Counted from the stretch's first letter, positions 17,970 through 27,202 are shown. The stretch: 64,000 nucleotides of DNA from an uncultured Alphaproteobacteria bacterium (GCA_902582755.1 CACHSZ010000002.1:80151-144150); one strand, 5' to 3'. The notes: generated by a model from the letters alone, not told the origin. Translations and numbers: made by a program.

Positions 17970-18716
17970 ATGTCAGATAATTTAGTACTAGAAGCAAAAT
18001 CAGTTTCAAAATTTTTTGGTACTATTACAGCTCTTCAAAATGTAGATCTTCATTTAAATAAAGGCGAGGTACTTGGTGTCGTCGGCGATAACGGTGCTGG
18101 GAAATCTACATTAATGAAAGTTTTATCGGGACTATATAAGCCAAGTGAAGGTTCACTTTTTTTTGATCAAGAAAAGGTAACTTTAAATAGTCCCAGAGAC
18201 TCCCAAAATTTGGGTTTAGAAATGGTCTATCAGGATTTAGCACTAGCTGGGAATCTCCCTATCGGTGATAATATTTTTTTAGGAAGAGAACCAACAAGAA
18301 AAGTTGGTCCTTTTAATTTTTTAGATCATAAAAAAAGAAAACAATTAACGGAAGAGCATCTTTCAAAACTAAAAATAAACGTAAAGAGTGCTGATCAAAA
18401 GGTTGAAGAATTATCTGGTGGACAAAGACAAGCTGTTGCAATTGCTAGAGCTACAGCTTTTAATGCAAAAATTGTATTGATGGATGAACCAACAGCAGCA
18501 CTTGCTGTTAAGGAAGTTGGGAAAGTTTTAGATTTAATTTTAAATCTTAAAAAGTTAGGTGTTAGTGTAATAGTAATTAGTCACCGAATGGATGATATTT
18601 TTACTGTTTGTGATCGTGTAATGGCACTTTTTCAAGGAACAAACTTCGCTGAATCAGAATTAAAAAACACTTCAAGAGACGAAGTGATTGGATGGATCAT
18701 GGGGAAAAAAGATTAA
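17970..18716 (+). CDS. ABC transporter ATP-binding protein (CUT2 sugar type, single NBD)
   Basis: Walker A GDNGAGKST, signature LSGGQRQ, Walker B VLMDEPT. 248 aa. Confidence 0.9.
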   Translation: MSDNLVLEAKSVSKFFGTITALQNVDLHLNKGEVLGVVGDNGAGKSTLMKVLSGLYKPSEGSLFFDQEKVTLNSPRDSQNLGLEMVYQDLALAGNLPIGDNIFLGREPTRKVGPFNFLDHKKRKQLTEEHLSKLKINVKSADQKVEELSGGQRQAVAIARATAFNAKIVLMDEPTAALAVKEVGKVLDLILNLKKLGVSVIVISHRMDDIFTVCDRVMALFQGTNFAESELKNTSRDEVIGWIMGKKD

Positions 18717-19723
18717 TGGATAAGAATCAAGAATCTTTGTTTGTCAGACTTATTCCTTTTTTTGAAAGATATGGGATCTTATTACTTATTCTAATAATGA
18801 TTGCTGTCTTGCATTTGTTGCAACCTGATGTGTTTTTATCATGGAGAAATGTAACAAATATTTTTAAACAAGTTTCTTGGCAGTCTATGTTAGCACTTGG
18901 TGTCTTCATGGTAATAGTTACAGCAGGAATAGATTTATCAGTCGGCTCAATTATTATGTTATCATTAATGGGACTTGCTATTGCTTCAAAAGCAGGAATG
19001 CCTTGGTACGTGGTTATGTTAGTTGCACCAGCAATTGGATTTTTGTGCGGTATGTTTAATGGTATTGGCATTACCTTACTTCGAATGCCTCATCCGTTTA
19101 TTATGACTTTAGGAACGCTGTACATATTTAGAGGAATTGGAAACCTTATTTCTGGAGGAGTGCCAATAACAGGTTTTGCTGAACAGATAAGAGTTATCGG
19201 AAATGGTAAAATTAAACTGGATGTTTTTTTTGGAGAAGGGGCGCGAGAGTACATTCCTACAAGTTTAATTTTAATGATTGTTATATTCTTTATCTTTTGG
19301 GTTTTTTTAAACCATACACGAATAGGTAAATGGATTTATGCGATTGGTGGTAACCCTGGAGCAGCAAGAGCAGCAGGTATAAATGTCGATCGTATTTTAA
19401 TCGTAGTTTACACCCTTTGTGGTTTCTTGGCTGGTATTGGAGGTTTAATTTTAGCTGGAAGAACAAATTCTGCTTACCCAAATGCTGGTTTACAATCTGA
19501 GTTAGATGCGATTGCAGCAGTCATTATAGGTGGTGCAAGCTTCTTTGGGGGCAGAGGAACCGTTTTAGGTGTGTTTGCTGGAGTCATGATTATGGGCATA
19601 CTCCGAAATGGTCTAAATTTAATGAATGTTAGTGTTTTTTGGCAACAAGTTCTTATTGGGTCAATTATTATTTTGGCTGTTTATATTGATGTTCTTAGAA
19701 GACAGCTTGCGACCAGAACATAA
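18716..19723 (+). CDS. ABC sugar transporter permease (RbsC/BPD_transp_2 type)
   Basis: About 10 hydrophobic segments and a GGxSFFGGRGT motif. The start is set at ATG 18716 (TAATG overlap); track start 18692 lies inside the ATPase gene. Confidence 0.88.
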   Translation: MDKNQESLFVRLIPFFERYGILLLILIMIAVLHLLQPDVFLSWRNVTNIFKQVSWQSMLALGVFMVIVTAGIDLSVGSIIMLSLMGLAIASKAGMPWYVVMLVAPAIGFLCGMFNGIGITLLRMPHPFIMTLGTLYIFRGIGNLISGGVPITGFAEQIRVIGNGKIKLDVFFGEGAREYIPTSLILMIVIFFIFWVFLNHTRIGKWIYAIGGNPGAARAAGINVDRILIVVYTLCGFLAGIGGLILAGRTNSAYPNAGLQSELDAIAAVIIGGASFFGGRGTVLGVFAGVMIMGILRNGLNLMNVSVFWQQVLIGSIIILAVYIDVLRRQLATRT

Positions 19724-19811
19724 TATTAAAAAATAACAACTTTCTGACAAACAGTCACTTGATTAGATTTCATTTTTGATTAATGATTAAAAAAAAATTT
19801 TAGGAGGAAAA

Positions 19812-20729
19812 ATGAAATTTTTTATTTCTTTAATTACTACTTCTATATTGTTTTTTTCAGGTAGTCTGCTTGCAGGCTCACATGCAAAAACAATAATGCT
19901 AAGTACTAAAGGACCAGGTGCTGGAAACCCTTTTTGGGCTTCAGTTGAAGCTGGTGCTAAAGATGCTGCTGAAGAGTTTGGTGTAAACCTAATCATTCTT
20001 TCACCACCACAAGAAAGTGATGTTATGGCTCAGGTAGCTCAAATTGAAGACCAAATTGCAAAAGGTGTAGACGGTATTGCGATTGCACCAACTGACCCTA
20101 ACGCAGTTGCACCAATTCTTGATGATGCAATGGCTTCAGGTGTTCCAGTTGTATACATTGATACTAATGGAATTAATGAAGGTGTAACTTTCATTGGTAC
20201 AAACAATATCAATGGTGCTGCTTTAGCTGCTCAATACATTTGTGATAATGTTCCAAGTGGTTCTGATGTTGCAATTCTTCAAGGAATGATAACTCAAACT
20301 ACTGGTCAGCACAGAGCTGAAGGATCTAGCAAAGGTCTTAAAGCATGTGGTATGAACGTTGTTGCTGAACTTCCAGCTAACTGGGATACTGCACAAGGTA
20401 TGTCAGTAACGGAAGATATCATCACTGGTAACCCAAATCTAAAAGCAATCTTTGCTTCTAATGATAATATGGGTCTAGGCGCTATCCAAGCATTAAAAAA
20501 TGCGGATATGCTAGATGATGTTGTAGTTGTTGGATTTGATGCTAACCCTGATGCTGCTGCAAGTGTAATGGCTGGTGAAATGTCAGCAACTATTGCTCAA
20601 TTCTCATACAATATGGGATACATGGGTGTAGAAAATGCACTTAAATTAGCTAATGGTGAGAGTATTCCAGATAACATCGATACTGGAACTGTATTAGTTA
20701 CTAAAGAAAACGCTGCAGACTTTATGTAA
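19812..20729 (+). CDS. periplasmic sugar-binding protein (type I PBP, RbsB-like)
   Basis: Signal peptide MKFFISLITTSILFFSGSLLAGSHA. Motifs GVDGIAIAP and VVGFD. A strong AGGAGG Shine-Dalgarno lies upstream. Confidence 0.88.
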   Translation: MKFFISLITTSILFFSGSLLAGSHAKTIMLSTKGPGAGNPFWASVEAGAKDAAEEFGVNLIILSPPQESDVMAQVAQIEDQIAKGVDGIAIAPTDPNAVAPILDDAMASGVPVVYIDTNGINEGVTFIGTNNINGAALAAQYICDNVPSGSDVAILQGMITQTTGQHRAEGSSKGLKACGMNVVAELPANWDTAQGMSVTEDIITGNPNLKAIFASNDNMGLGAIQALKNADMLDDVVVVGFDANPDAAASVMAGEMSATIAQFSYNMGYMGVENALKLANGESIPDNIDTGTVLVTKENAADFM

Positions 20730-20754
20730 GTCAAAGCTAAAACTTATTTTAAAG

Positions 20755-20782
20755 GGCCGTAGTTATTACGGCCTTTTTTTTT
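20755..20782 (+). terminator. rho-independent terminator after the binding-protein gene
   Basis: GGCCGTA-gttat-TACGGCC hairpin followed by a run of 9 T. Confidence 0.75.
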
Positions 20783-20821
20783 ACTATTCCATCTTTTACA
20801 ATTGATTTATAGAAACAAATT

Positions 20822-21973
20822 ATGAAAAATATTGGACTAATTGGTTGTGGTAATATTGCAGAAACTTATTTTAGAGCTCAGGAATATTTTAATAATATAA
20901 ATTTTGTAGCTTGTGCTGATATCAATTTAGATGCAGCTAAAAAAACAGCTGAGCAGTACAATATTGCAGCTCTATCAGTTGATGAAATATTAAATGACAA
21001 AAATGTAGACATTATTCTTAATCTCACAATCCCTCAAGCGCACTATGAAATATCGAAAAGAGCTCTTGAGGCAAACAAACATGTTTATTGTGAAAAACCA
21101 ATGAGTGTTAAATTTGATGATGCAAAAGAATTATTAAATTTAGCAAAAAAAAATAGCTTATATATTGGTAATGCCCCTGATACTTTTTTAGGAGGAGGAG
21201 GACAGCTTACTAGAAATTTAATTGATAATAATGATATTGGACAAGTTCTTACCGGGAATTTTATTTTTGCTTTTCCAGGTGTTCAAGATTTTCACCCAAG
21301 TCCTGAGTCTTGGTTTCAAGAAGGAGGAGGGCCTGTAATAGATATGGGTCCATATTTTTTTACAACACTTGTTAATCTTCTAGGTCCTGTAAAAAATATA
21401 CGAGGAAGAGGAGCAAAATTTTTTGATAAAAGAGAATACAAAGCTGGTCCAAAAAAAGGAGAAACCTTTAATGTTGATATCCCAACTTCTTATATGTTTA
21501 ATATTGAGTTTCAAAATAAAGCTATCATTCAAGGTTTCATTTCATTTGATGTTTTAAATCATAAACGTAATCATATGGAACTTTATGGAACGAAAGGTTC
21601 AATAGTAGTGCCTGATCCAAATATGTTTGGTGGTCCTGTATCTATATCTGGTGAGTTTGGATCTGAATGGAAAGATATCAGTGTCGAAGATAAACCCCTT
21701 GGAAAAACAAATATAGTTAACCATAGCGGTAGAAGTAATGAAGCGCCTGAACAAGCAAACTATAGGGGTATTGGCCTTGCTGAAATGATTGATGCAATAG
21801 AAAATAATAGAATGCATAGATGTAATGGAGAACTTGCTCTTCACGTTTTGGATGTCATCGAGTGTGCCATGATTTCTTCAATTTATAAAGTGGAGGTTGA
21901 ACTTCGCTCCTCATGCGTGAAGCCTGAACCCATGCATGATGATTTCATAAGGCAAATCCTTAAAAAAATATAA
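20822..21973 (+). CDS. Gfo/Idh/MocA-family NAD(P) oxidoreductase
   Basis: N-terminal Rossmann motif GLIGCGNIA and the EKP motif (CEKPMS). Clear paralog of 37028-38170. Confidence 0.85.
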   Translation: MKNIGLIGCGNIAETYFRAQEYFNNINFVACADINLDAAKKTAEQYNIAALSVDEILNDKNVDIILNLTIPQAHYEISKRALEANKHVYCEKPMSVKFDDAKELLNLAKKNSLYIGNAPDTFLGGGGQLTRNLIDNNDIGQVLTGNFIFAFPGVQDFHPSPESWFQEGGGPVIDMGPYFFTTLVNLLGPVKNIRGRGAKFFDKREYKAGPKKGETFNVDIPTSYMFNIEFQNKAIIQGFISFDVLNHKRNHMELYGTKGSIVVPDPNMFGGPVSISGEFGSEWKDISVEDKPLGKTNIVNHSGRSNEAPEQANYRGIGLAEMIDAIENNRMHRCNGELALHVLDVIECAMISSIYKVEVELRSSCVKPEPMHDDFIRQILKKI

Positions 21974-22084
21974 ATTTTACTAAGCTACTGATCAGTGCGA
22001 TAATTTTACTACCTAATTCCCAATATTTCTCCTTGTTTTACATACCTATTCTTGTTAGGAAAAAATTATTTATAGGAGGAATGC

Positions 22085-23050
22085 ATGAAAAAAATTGCTT
22101 CAATTATTCTTGCCTCTGTAGCGCTTTTTGCTACTTCAGCGAAGGCAGAATACAAATTTAACTTCGTAATGCACAGTGATACGAACAATGCTTTCTGGGC
22201 AGCTGTTCATAAAGGTTTTAAAGATGCTTGTGCACAAATTAATGCTGATTGCCAAATGTTAACTCTTTCAGGTGATGGAGATCAACAAGAGCAATTACAA
22301 AACTTAGAGTCTTCAATAGCTCAAGGTGTTGATGGTATCGTAACTACAATTACTAACCCAACTATCTTTGATGCTGCAGTTGATGAAGCATTAGCTGCTG
22401 GTATTCCAGTAATTACAGCTAATACTGATGATCCAGAAGGTGCTGCTGGTAGTAACAGACTAGCATATGTTGGACAAGACTTAGAAGCAGCTGGTTATGA
22501 ATTAACAGCTAATCTTTCTGAAATGTTTCCTGATGGAGATATTCACGTTTTAATCGGTGTTGCAGACATGAACCAATCATGGGCATACACTAGAGGAAAC
22601 GGTATTGCACGTTTCATGGAAGATTACAAAGCGGCTAACCCTGATAGAAAAGTAACTTATGAGAAAATCGAGTCAGGTCTAGATCTTTCAACTGTTGGAA
22701 ACAGAGTGGCAGCTTATGTTCAAGCTAACCCAAATACAACTGCATATCTTGATGTAGGTTTCTGGGAAGCTGGTGCGGCTGCAGCAGTAAGAAACTTAGG
22801 TTATGGACCTGGTGAAATTCTTCTTGCTGGTTTCGACTTAGTTGACGTAGTTTTCGAAGAAATGGACAAAGGTTATGTTCAACTAACAGTTGACCAACAG
22901 CCATACTACCAAGGTTACATGTCAGTTCACCAATTATACTTAATGAACAAGTATGGTTTAAGTGCACTAGATATCAATACTGGTAAAGCTATGATTGGTC
23001 CTGATGATGTTGAAACAATCAGATCATTCAAAGGAATGTCAGTTAGATAA
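22085..23050 (+). CDS. periplasmic sugar-binding protein (type I PBP)
   Basis: Signal peptide MKKIASIILASVALFATSAKA. Contains GVDGIV and LAGFD. AGGAGGA Shine-Dalgarno upstream. Confidence 0.85.
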   Translation: MKKIASIILASVALFATSAKAEYKFNFVMHSDTNNAFWAAVHKGFKDACAQINADCQMLTLSGDGDQQEQLQNLESSIAQGVDGIVTTITNPTIFDAAVDEALAAGIPVITANTDDPEGAAGSNRLAYVGQDLEAAGYELTANLSEMFPDGDIHVLIGVADMNQSWAYTRGNGIARFMEDYKAANPDRKVTYEKIESGLDLSTVGNRVAAYVQANPNTTAYLDVGFWEAGAAAAVRNLGYGPGEILLAGFDLVDVVFEEMDKGYVQLTVDQQPYYQGYMSVHQLYLMNKYGLSALDINTGKAMIGPDDVETIRSFKGMSVR

Positions 23051-23059
23051 ATATCTTAA

Positions 23060-23091
23060 CCAGGCTCTTTAAATAGAGCCTGGTTTTTTTT
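23060..23091 (+). terminator. intra-operon hairpin/terminator between the binding-protein and permease genes
   Basis: CCAGGCTCT-ttaaat-AGAGCCTGG (9 bp) followed by 8 T. Confidence 0.75.
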
Positions 23092-23105
23092 AAAATAAAA
23101 AAAAT

Positions 23106-24086
23106 ATGAGTAAAAATTATAGTCTTAGAAGTTTATTAGTAAGACCAGAAGTAGCAACTTTCTTAATGTTTCTAGCAATAATGATCGGATTTTATATTGC
23201 TAATGAAAGATTTTTAGATGCAAGAAATATAAGAATAGTTATGGGTATTACACCCGAATATATTATTGTTGCTATTGGGATTGCAATATTAATGATCTCA
23301 GGTGAATTTGATTTATCTGTAGGCTCTGTTTTTGCATTAGTCCCGATGACTATTGTGCAAATGGTGCATCAAGGGATACCACCTTGGTTCGCTATTTTTC
23401 TAGGATTAATGATTGGTATTATTGTTGGTTTTGTTAATGGATTTATTACCTTAAGATTTGGAATTCCTTCTTTCATAGCAACTCTTGGAATGCTCTATAT
23501 TGCTAGAAGTCTTACAACTGTAGCTACTGCAGGATTTCCACCACCATTTCCTCATATTTTACCAAATGAGTTATTCGTTTATCAATTTGAGTTATTTAGA
23601 GCTTCCTTGTACTGGGCTCTTTTAGTTGCCGTAGTTTTAGGTGTTATGCTTCACAGAAGTAATGTTGGTAATTGGATCTATGCAACTGGCGGAGATCAAA
23701 ACGCTGCATCTTCAATGGGAATAAAGACTGGAAACGTTAAAATGTTTTGTTTCATCTTATGTGGTTTCTTAGCTGGCTTTGCTGGAATGATTCAAACATT
23801 TAGATTGGAAGCACCATTACCATCTCAAGGATACTTATTAGAACTAGAGTCAATTGCTGCAGCAGTTATTGGTGGCGTCAGTTTATTTGGAGGTATCGGA
23901 ACAGTTTTTGGTGCCGTTATTGGCGCAATACTAATCAGGTTTTTAGAAAGTGGAATCATTATGGCTAGAATAGATGCTGAATGGTTTAGAGCAGGTTTAG
24001 GTTCTTTAATTATTATAGCCGTCGTGTTTAATACTTATATAAGTAGAAGAGCGACGCGAATTGGTCAAAACAAGGCAAAGGATTAA
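23106..24086 (+). CDS. ABC sugar transporter permease (RbsC type)
   Basis: Polytopic membrane protein with GGVSLFGGIGT motif. Homologous to 18716-19723. Confidence 0.88.
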   Translation: MSKNYSLRSLLVRPEVATFLMFLAIMIGFYIANERFLDARNIRIVMGITPEYIIVAIGIAILMISGEFDLSVGSVFALVPMTIVQMVHQGIPPWFAIFLGLMIGIIVGFVNGFITLRFGIPSFIATLGMLYIARSLTTVATAGFPPPFPHILPNELFVYQFELFRASLYWALLVAVVLGVMLHRSNVGNWIYATGGDQNAASSMGIKTGNVKMFCFILCGFLAGFAGMIQTFRLEAPLPSQGYLLELESIAAAVIGGVSLFGGIGTVFGAVIGAILIRFLESGIIMARIDAEWFRAGLGSLIIIAVVFNTYISRRATRIGQNKAKD

Positions 24087-24088
24087 AG

Positions 24089-24826
24089 ATGGAAGATATA
24101 ATAGTTTGTGAGGGTTTAAACAAATACTATTCAGGAGTTCATGCTTTAAAAGATTTAAGCTTAAAGATAAAAAAAGACTCTGTTGTTGGTCTTATTGGAG
24201 ACAATGGTGCTGGTAAATCAACATTAATTAAAATTTTATCTGGAGCACATCAACCTGATTCAGGTCATATATATTTTGAAGGTAATAAGGTTAAATTTAA
24301 ATCTACAAAAGAAGCAATGAATTTAGGCATTGAAACAATTTATCAGTATTCAGCTTTGATCCCTGAAATGTCTATTGCAAGAAATATTTTTATTGGACGT
24401 GAACAAACTCAATATAATGTTGGCAATTTTGGTTTGATGAAAACTAAAACCATGCAGGACGATGCTATGAAAGCATTAACAGATGTAGAATTGCATCTTC
24501 GATCTCCAGATACACCAGTTAACCAATTATCTGGAGGGGAAAGACAAGGTGTTGTCATTGCAAGAGCAATGTATTTTAAATCAAAAGTTTTAATATTAGA
24601 CGAACCAACAAACCACCTATCAGTAAAAGAAACAAATAAAGTACTAAGGTTTGTAGAAGGATTAAAAAGCCAAGGCGTAACATCAATATTTATTACTCAC
24701 AACTTGAGTCATGTGTATCCAATTGCTGATCATTTATGTGTAATGGCAAGAGGTGAAAAAATTGCTGATTTGGATAAAAAGGATACAACAATAGATCATC
24801 TCACTGATTTATTAGTAAATGGATAA
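24089..24826 (+). CDS. ABC transporter ATP-binding protein (CUT2 type, single NBD)
   Basis: Walker A GDNGAGKST, signature LSGGERQ, Walker B LILDEPT. Confidence 0.9.
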   Translation: MEDIIVCEGLNKYYSGVHALKDLSLKIKKDSVVGLIGDNGAGKSTLIKILSGAHQPDSGHIYFEGNKVKFKSTKEAMNLGIETIYQYSALIPEMSIARNIFIGREQTQYNVGNFGLMKTKTMQDDAMKALTDVELHLRSPDTPVNQLSGGERQGVVIARAMYFKSKVLILDEPTNHLSVKETNKVLRFVEGLKSQGVTSIFITHNLSHVYPIADHLCVMARGEKIADLDKKDTTIDHLTDLLVNG

Positions 24827-24840
24827 TTTTGGGAGGAATT

Positions 24841-25776
24841 ATGATTAGTGATGCGCAAATAAAACAATATAACCAAGAAGGTTATACGATCGTTGAAAAT
24901 GTTTTTAGTATGGATGAGTTAAATCCAATATTAAATGAATTTGAAGAAATTGTTGATGATTTTGCAGAAAAAGCTTTTCAAGCTGGAAAAATTACAAACA
25001 AACATGATGATAAAGATGTTTTTAAAAGACTAGCTGCTCTCGAAAGAGATTTTAAAGGTTCTTCAGTTTTAATTCATCATAGAGGTGAATTAAAACCAGC
25101 ACTTGCTAACTTATGGGGATCAAAAAAACTTTTAGATATGGTTGAAAATTGGGTTGGCAAAGATATTTCTGGTCATCCAGTTTGGAATATTAGATCTAAA
25201 ACACCTCAGACAGCTAGGATGACAGTTCCATGGCACCAAGATTCTGCTTATTTAAAAGATGGAGCAGAAAAAACCACTCAGCCTGCTGCGTGGATTCCAT
25301 TTCTTGATGTAAATAAACATAATGGATGCATGCAAGTTGTTCCTGGGGGACATAGACCTGAAAGAGTTTTGAATCATAAATTAGAAAAGAAAGATGGTTC
25401 AGTAAAAGATTCTTGGTATTTATTTATTGAAGACAAAGATATTCCAGAGGAGAAAGTTGTTACTTGTGAAATGAAGGCTGGTTCAGTTTTATTTTTACAT
25501 CAATTAGTTCCTCATCGATCACTTGAAAATTTATCTGAGGATGTAAGATGGAGTGTTGACCTAAGATTTCAAAATCCAAAAGATGAAGCTGGTTTTCATA
25601 CTGGTTTGGTTGATCCAATCATAATGAGAAAATCAGAAGACCCAAGCTATACAGCTGATTGGGATTCTTGGTTTAAAGGTTATGAAGAAGAACACACTAA
25701 ATTTAGAGGGACTTCAAAAAAAGACCAATTTGACTCCACAGTTGATGGGTCATGGTTAGATCGTTGGGATAATTAA
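24841..25776 (+). CDS. PhyH-family Fe(II)/2-oxoglutarate dioxygenase
   Basis: YNQEGYTIVENVF N-terminus, HxD triad WHQDSAY, NGCMQVVPGGH, and distal His in LVPHRS. The track TTG start at 24829 is actually the GGGAGGA Shine-Dalgarno; the ATG is at 24841. Confidence 0.8.
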   Translation: MISDAQIKQYNQEGYTIVENVFSMDELNPILNEFEEIVDDFAEKAFQAGKITNKHDDKDVFKRLAALERDFKGSSVLIHHRGELKPALANLWGSKKLLDMVENWVGKDISGHPVWNIRSKTPQTARMTVPWHQDSAYLKDGAEKTTQPAAWIPFLDVNKHNGCMQVVPGGHRPERVLNHKLEKKDGSVKDSWYLFIEDKDIPEEKVVTCEMKAGSVLFLHQLVPHRSLENLSEDVRWSVDLRFQNPKDEAGFHTGLVDPIIMRKSEDPSYTADWDSWFKGYEEEHTKFRGTSKKDQFDSTVDGSWLDRWDN

Positions 25777-25790
25777 TTTAATTATCAAGC

Positions 25791-26774
25791 ATGGAAGTTA
25801 ATCTCGATGATTGGTACAGACCAGAAGTCGACAGAAAAAAATTAAAAACCTTAAGTAAAAGAAGAGATCTACCTGGACTAATCCATTTCTTTTTTTATTT
25901 TTTATCTTTATTTGCATCAGGTTATCTAGCGTACCTAACTTTAGGAACTTGGTGGACATATTTGTTCTTTTTTATTTACGGTACAATTTACGCTTTTAGT
26001 GTAGCGAACTGGCACGAAACTGTTCATCGAACTGCTTTTAAGACACGTTGGATAAATGAATTTTTTTATCACATCAGTTCTTTCATGTGTGATTTTGAAG
26101 GATTTAGATGGCGTTGGAGTCATACTTTTCATCACTCAAAAACAATGCAAACTGAAGATGATTATGACCACGAAATACAAGTCTCAAGACCAATAGAACT
26201 ACTTGCATTTTTCTTAAATTTTATTCCTTTAACAGATTTATTATATCCACATAAATTAATTAAATTCGAAGTCTTAAAACATGCGTTTGGAAAATTTACT
26301 CCAGTTATTGATATAACTGCTCCAAAAGAAGAAAAGAAAAAAATTCTTTGGAACTCAAGATTGTATGTCTTTATTTGGGTATTAGTAATTGTATACTCTT
26401 TTTACATAGGTTCTTTCTTACCAATAATTTATATTATTTTACCAACTTATATTGGGAAACCAATTTGGTTTGCAGTTAATGTAACTCAACATCTGGCAGC
26501 AAAAGTTGACACAAAGGATCATCGTCTCAGCACATATTCTGTGAGAATTAATCCAGTTCTAAGTTTCCTATATTGGCACATGGAATACCATTTAGAACAT
26601 CATATGTTTCCAATGGTACCATCATATAATTTGAAGAAATTAAGAAAAGAAATTGATAACGAGTTGCCGAAGCCATTCACCAGTCTCTATGATTTTTATA
26701 AAAAAGTTTTACCAGCAGTTATTGCCTTAGCAACTGATCAAAATAAATATTATAAAGTAAATTTAAATAACTAA
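25791..26774 (+). CDS. membrane fatty-acid-desaturase/hydroxylase-family di-iron protein
   Basis: Three His boxes, HETVH (Hx3H), HTFHH (Hx2HH) and HLEHH (Hx2HH), plus several TM helices. Confidence 0.8.
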   Translation: MEVNLDDWYRPEVDRKKLKTLSKRRDLPGLIHFFFYFLSLFASGYLAYLTLGTWWTYLFFFIYGTIYAFSVANWHETVHRTAFKTRWINEFFYHISSFMCDFEGFRWRWSHTFHHSKTMQTEDDYDHEIQVSRPIELLAFFLNFIPLTDLLYPHKLIKFEVLKHAFGKFTPVIDITAPKEEKKKILWNSRLYVFIWVLVIVYSFYIGSFLPIIYIILPTYIGKPIWFAVNVTQHLAAKVDTKDHRLSTYSVRINPVLSFLYWHMEYHLEHHMFPMVPSYNLKKLRKEIDNELPKPFTSLYDFYKKVLPAVIALATDQNKYYKVNLNN

Positions 26775-26776
26775 AT

Positions 26777-27202
26777 TTACCAGGAACCAGAATTCTCCAT
26801 TGATTTCCAAGGTTCTTGTTCTGGTAAAGATTCTCCTTCTTGTAAGATTTCAATAGAAATCCCATCAGGTGATCGCACAAATGCCATATGTCCATCACGA
26901 GGAGGTCTGTTAATTGTAACACCATTGTCCATTAATTTTTGACACACATCATAAATATTACTAACACTATAAGCTAGATGACCAAAGTTTCTGCCACCAG
27001 AATATTTTTCTGGATCCCAGTTATAGGTTAATTCTAATAAACCAGTTTTTTCATCACTATTTTCAGCAGCTAAAAAAATTAGTGTAAATTTTCCTTTTTC
27101 GTTTTCAATTCTTCTAACTTCTTTTAGACCAAGTTTATTACAATAAAAATCAAGTGAAGCATCGACATTTTCAACCCTAACCATTGTGTGTAAATATTTC
27201 AT
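26777..27202 (-). CDS. gloA: lactoylglutathione lyase (glyoxalase I)
   Basis: HTMVRVENVDASLDFY N-terminus, ELTYNW and GHLAY. VOC-fold size (141 aa). Confidence 0.88.
   Translation of the reverse strand: MKYLHTMVRVENVDASLDFYCNKLGLKEVRRIENEKGKFTLIFLAAENSDEKTGLLELTYNWDPEKYSGGRNFGHLAYSVSNIYDVCQKLMDNGVTINRPPRDGHMAFVRSPDGISIEILQEGESLPEQEPWKSMENSGSW

Noticed and set aside
18727-19481. Track ORFs 18727-19071 (-), 18877-19059 (+) and 19290-19481 (-).
   Set aside because: All are embedded in the RbsC-type permease gene, and none has a recognisable motif. They are shadow frames.
24829-24840. Track start codons TTG 24829 and TTG 27411 (MGGI.../MGGK...), and the long N-terminal extensions at 36201, 18692, 11588 and 6737.
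   Set aside because: The TTG codons are part of GGGAGGA Shine-Dalgarno sequences 5-7 nt before a proper ATG. The extensions at 36201, 18692 and 11588 lie inside the upstream genes. The extension to 6737 overlaps the tRNA-Leu gene. Downstream ATGs were used instead.
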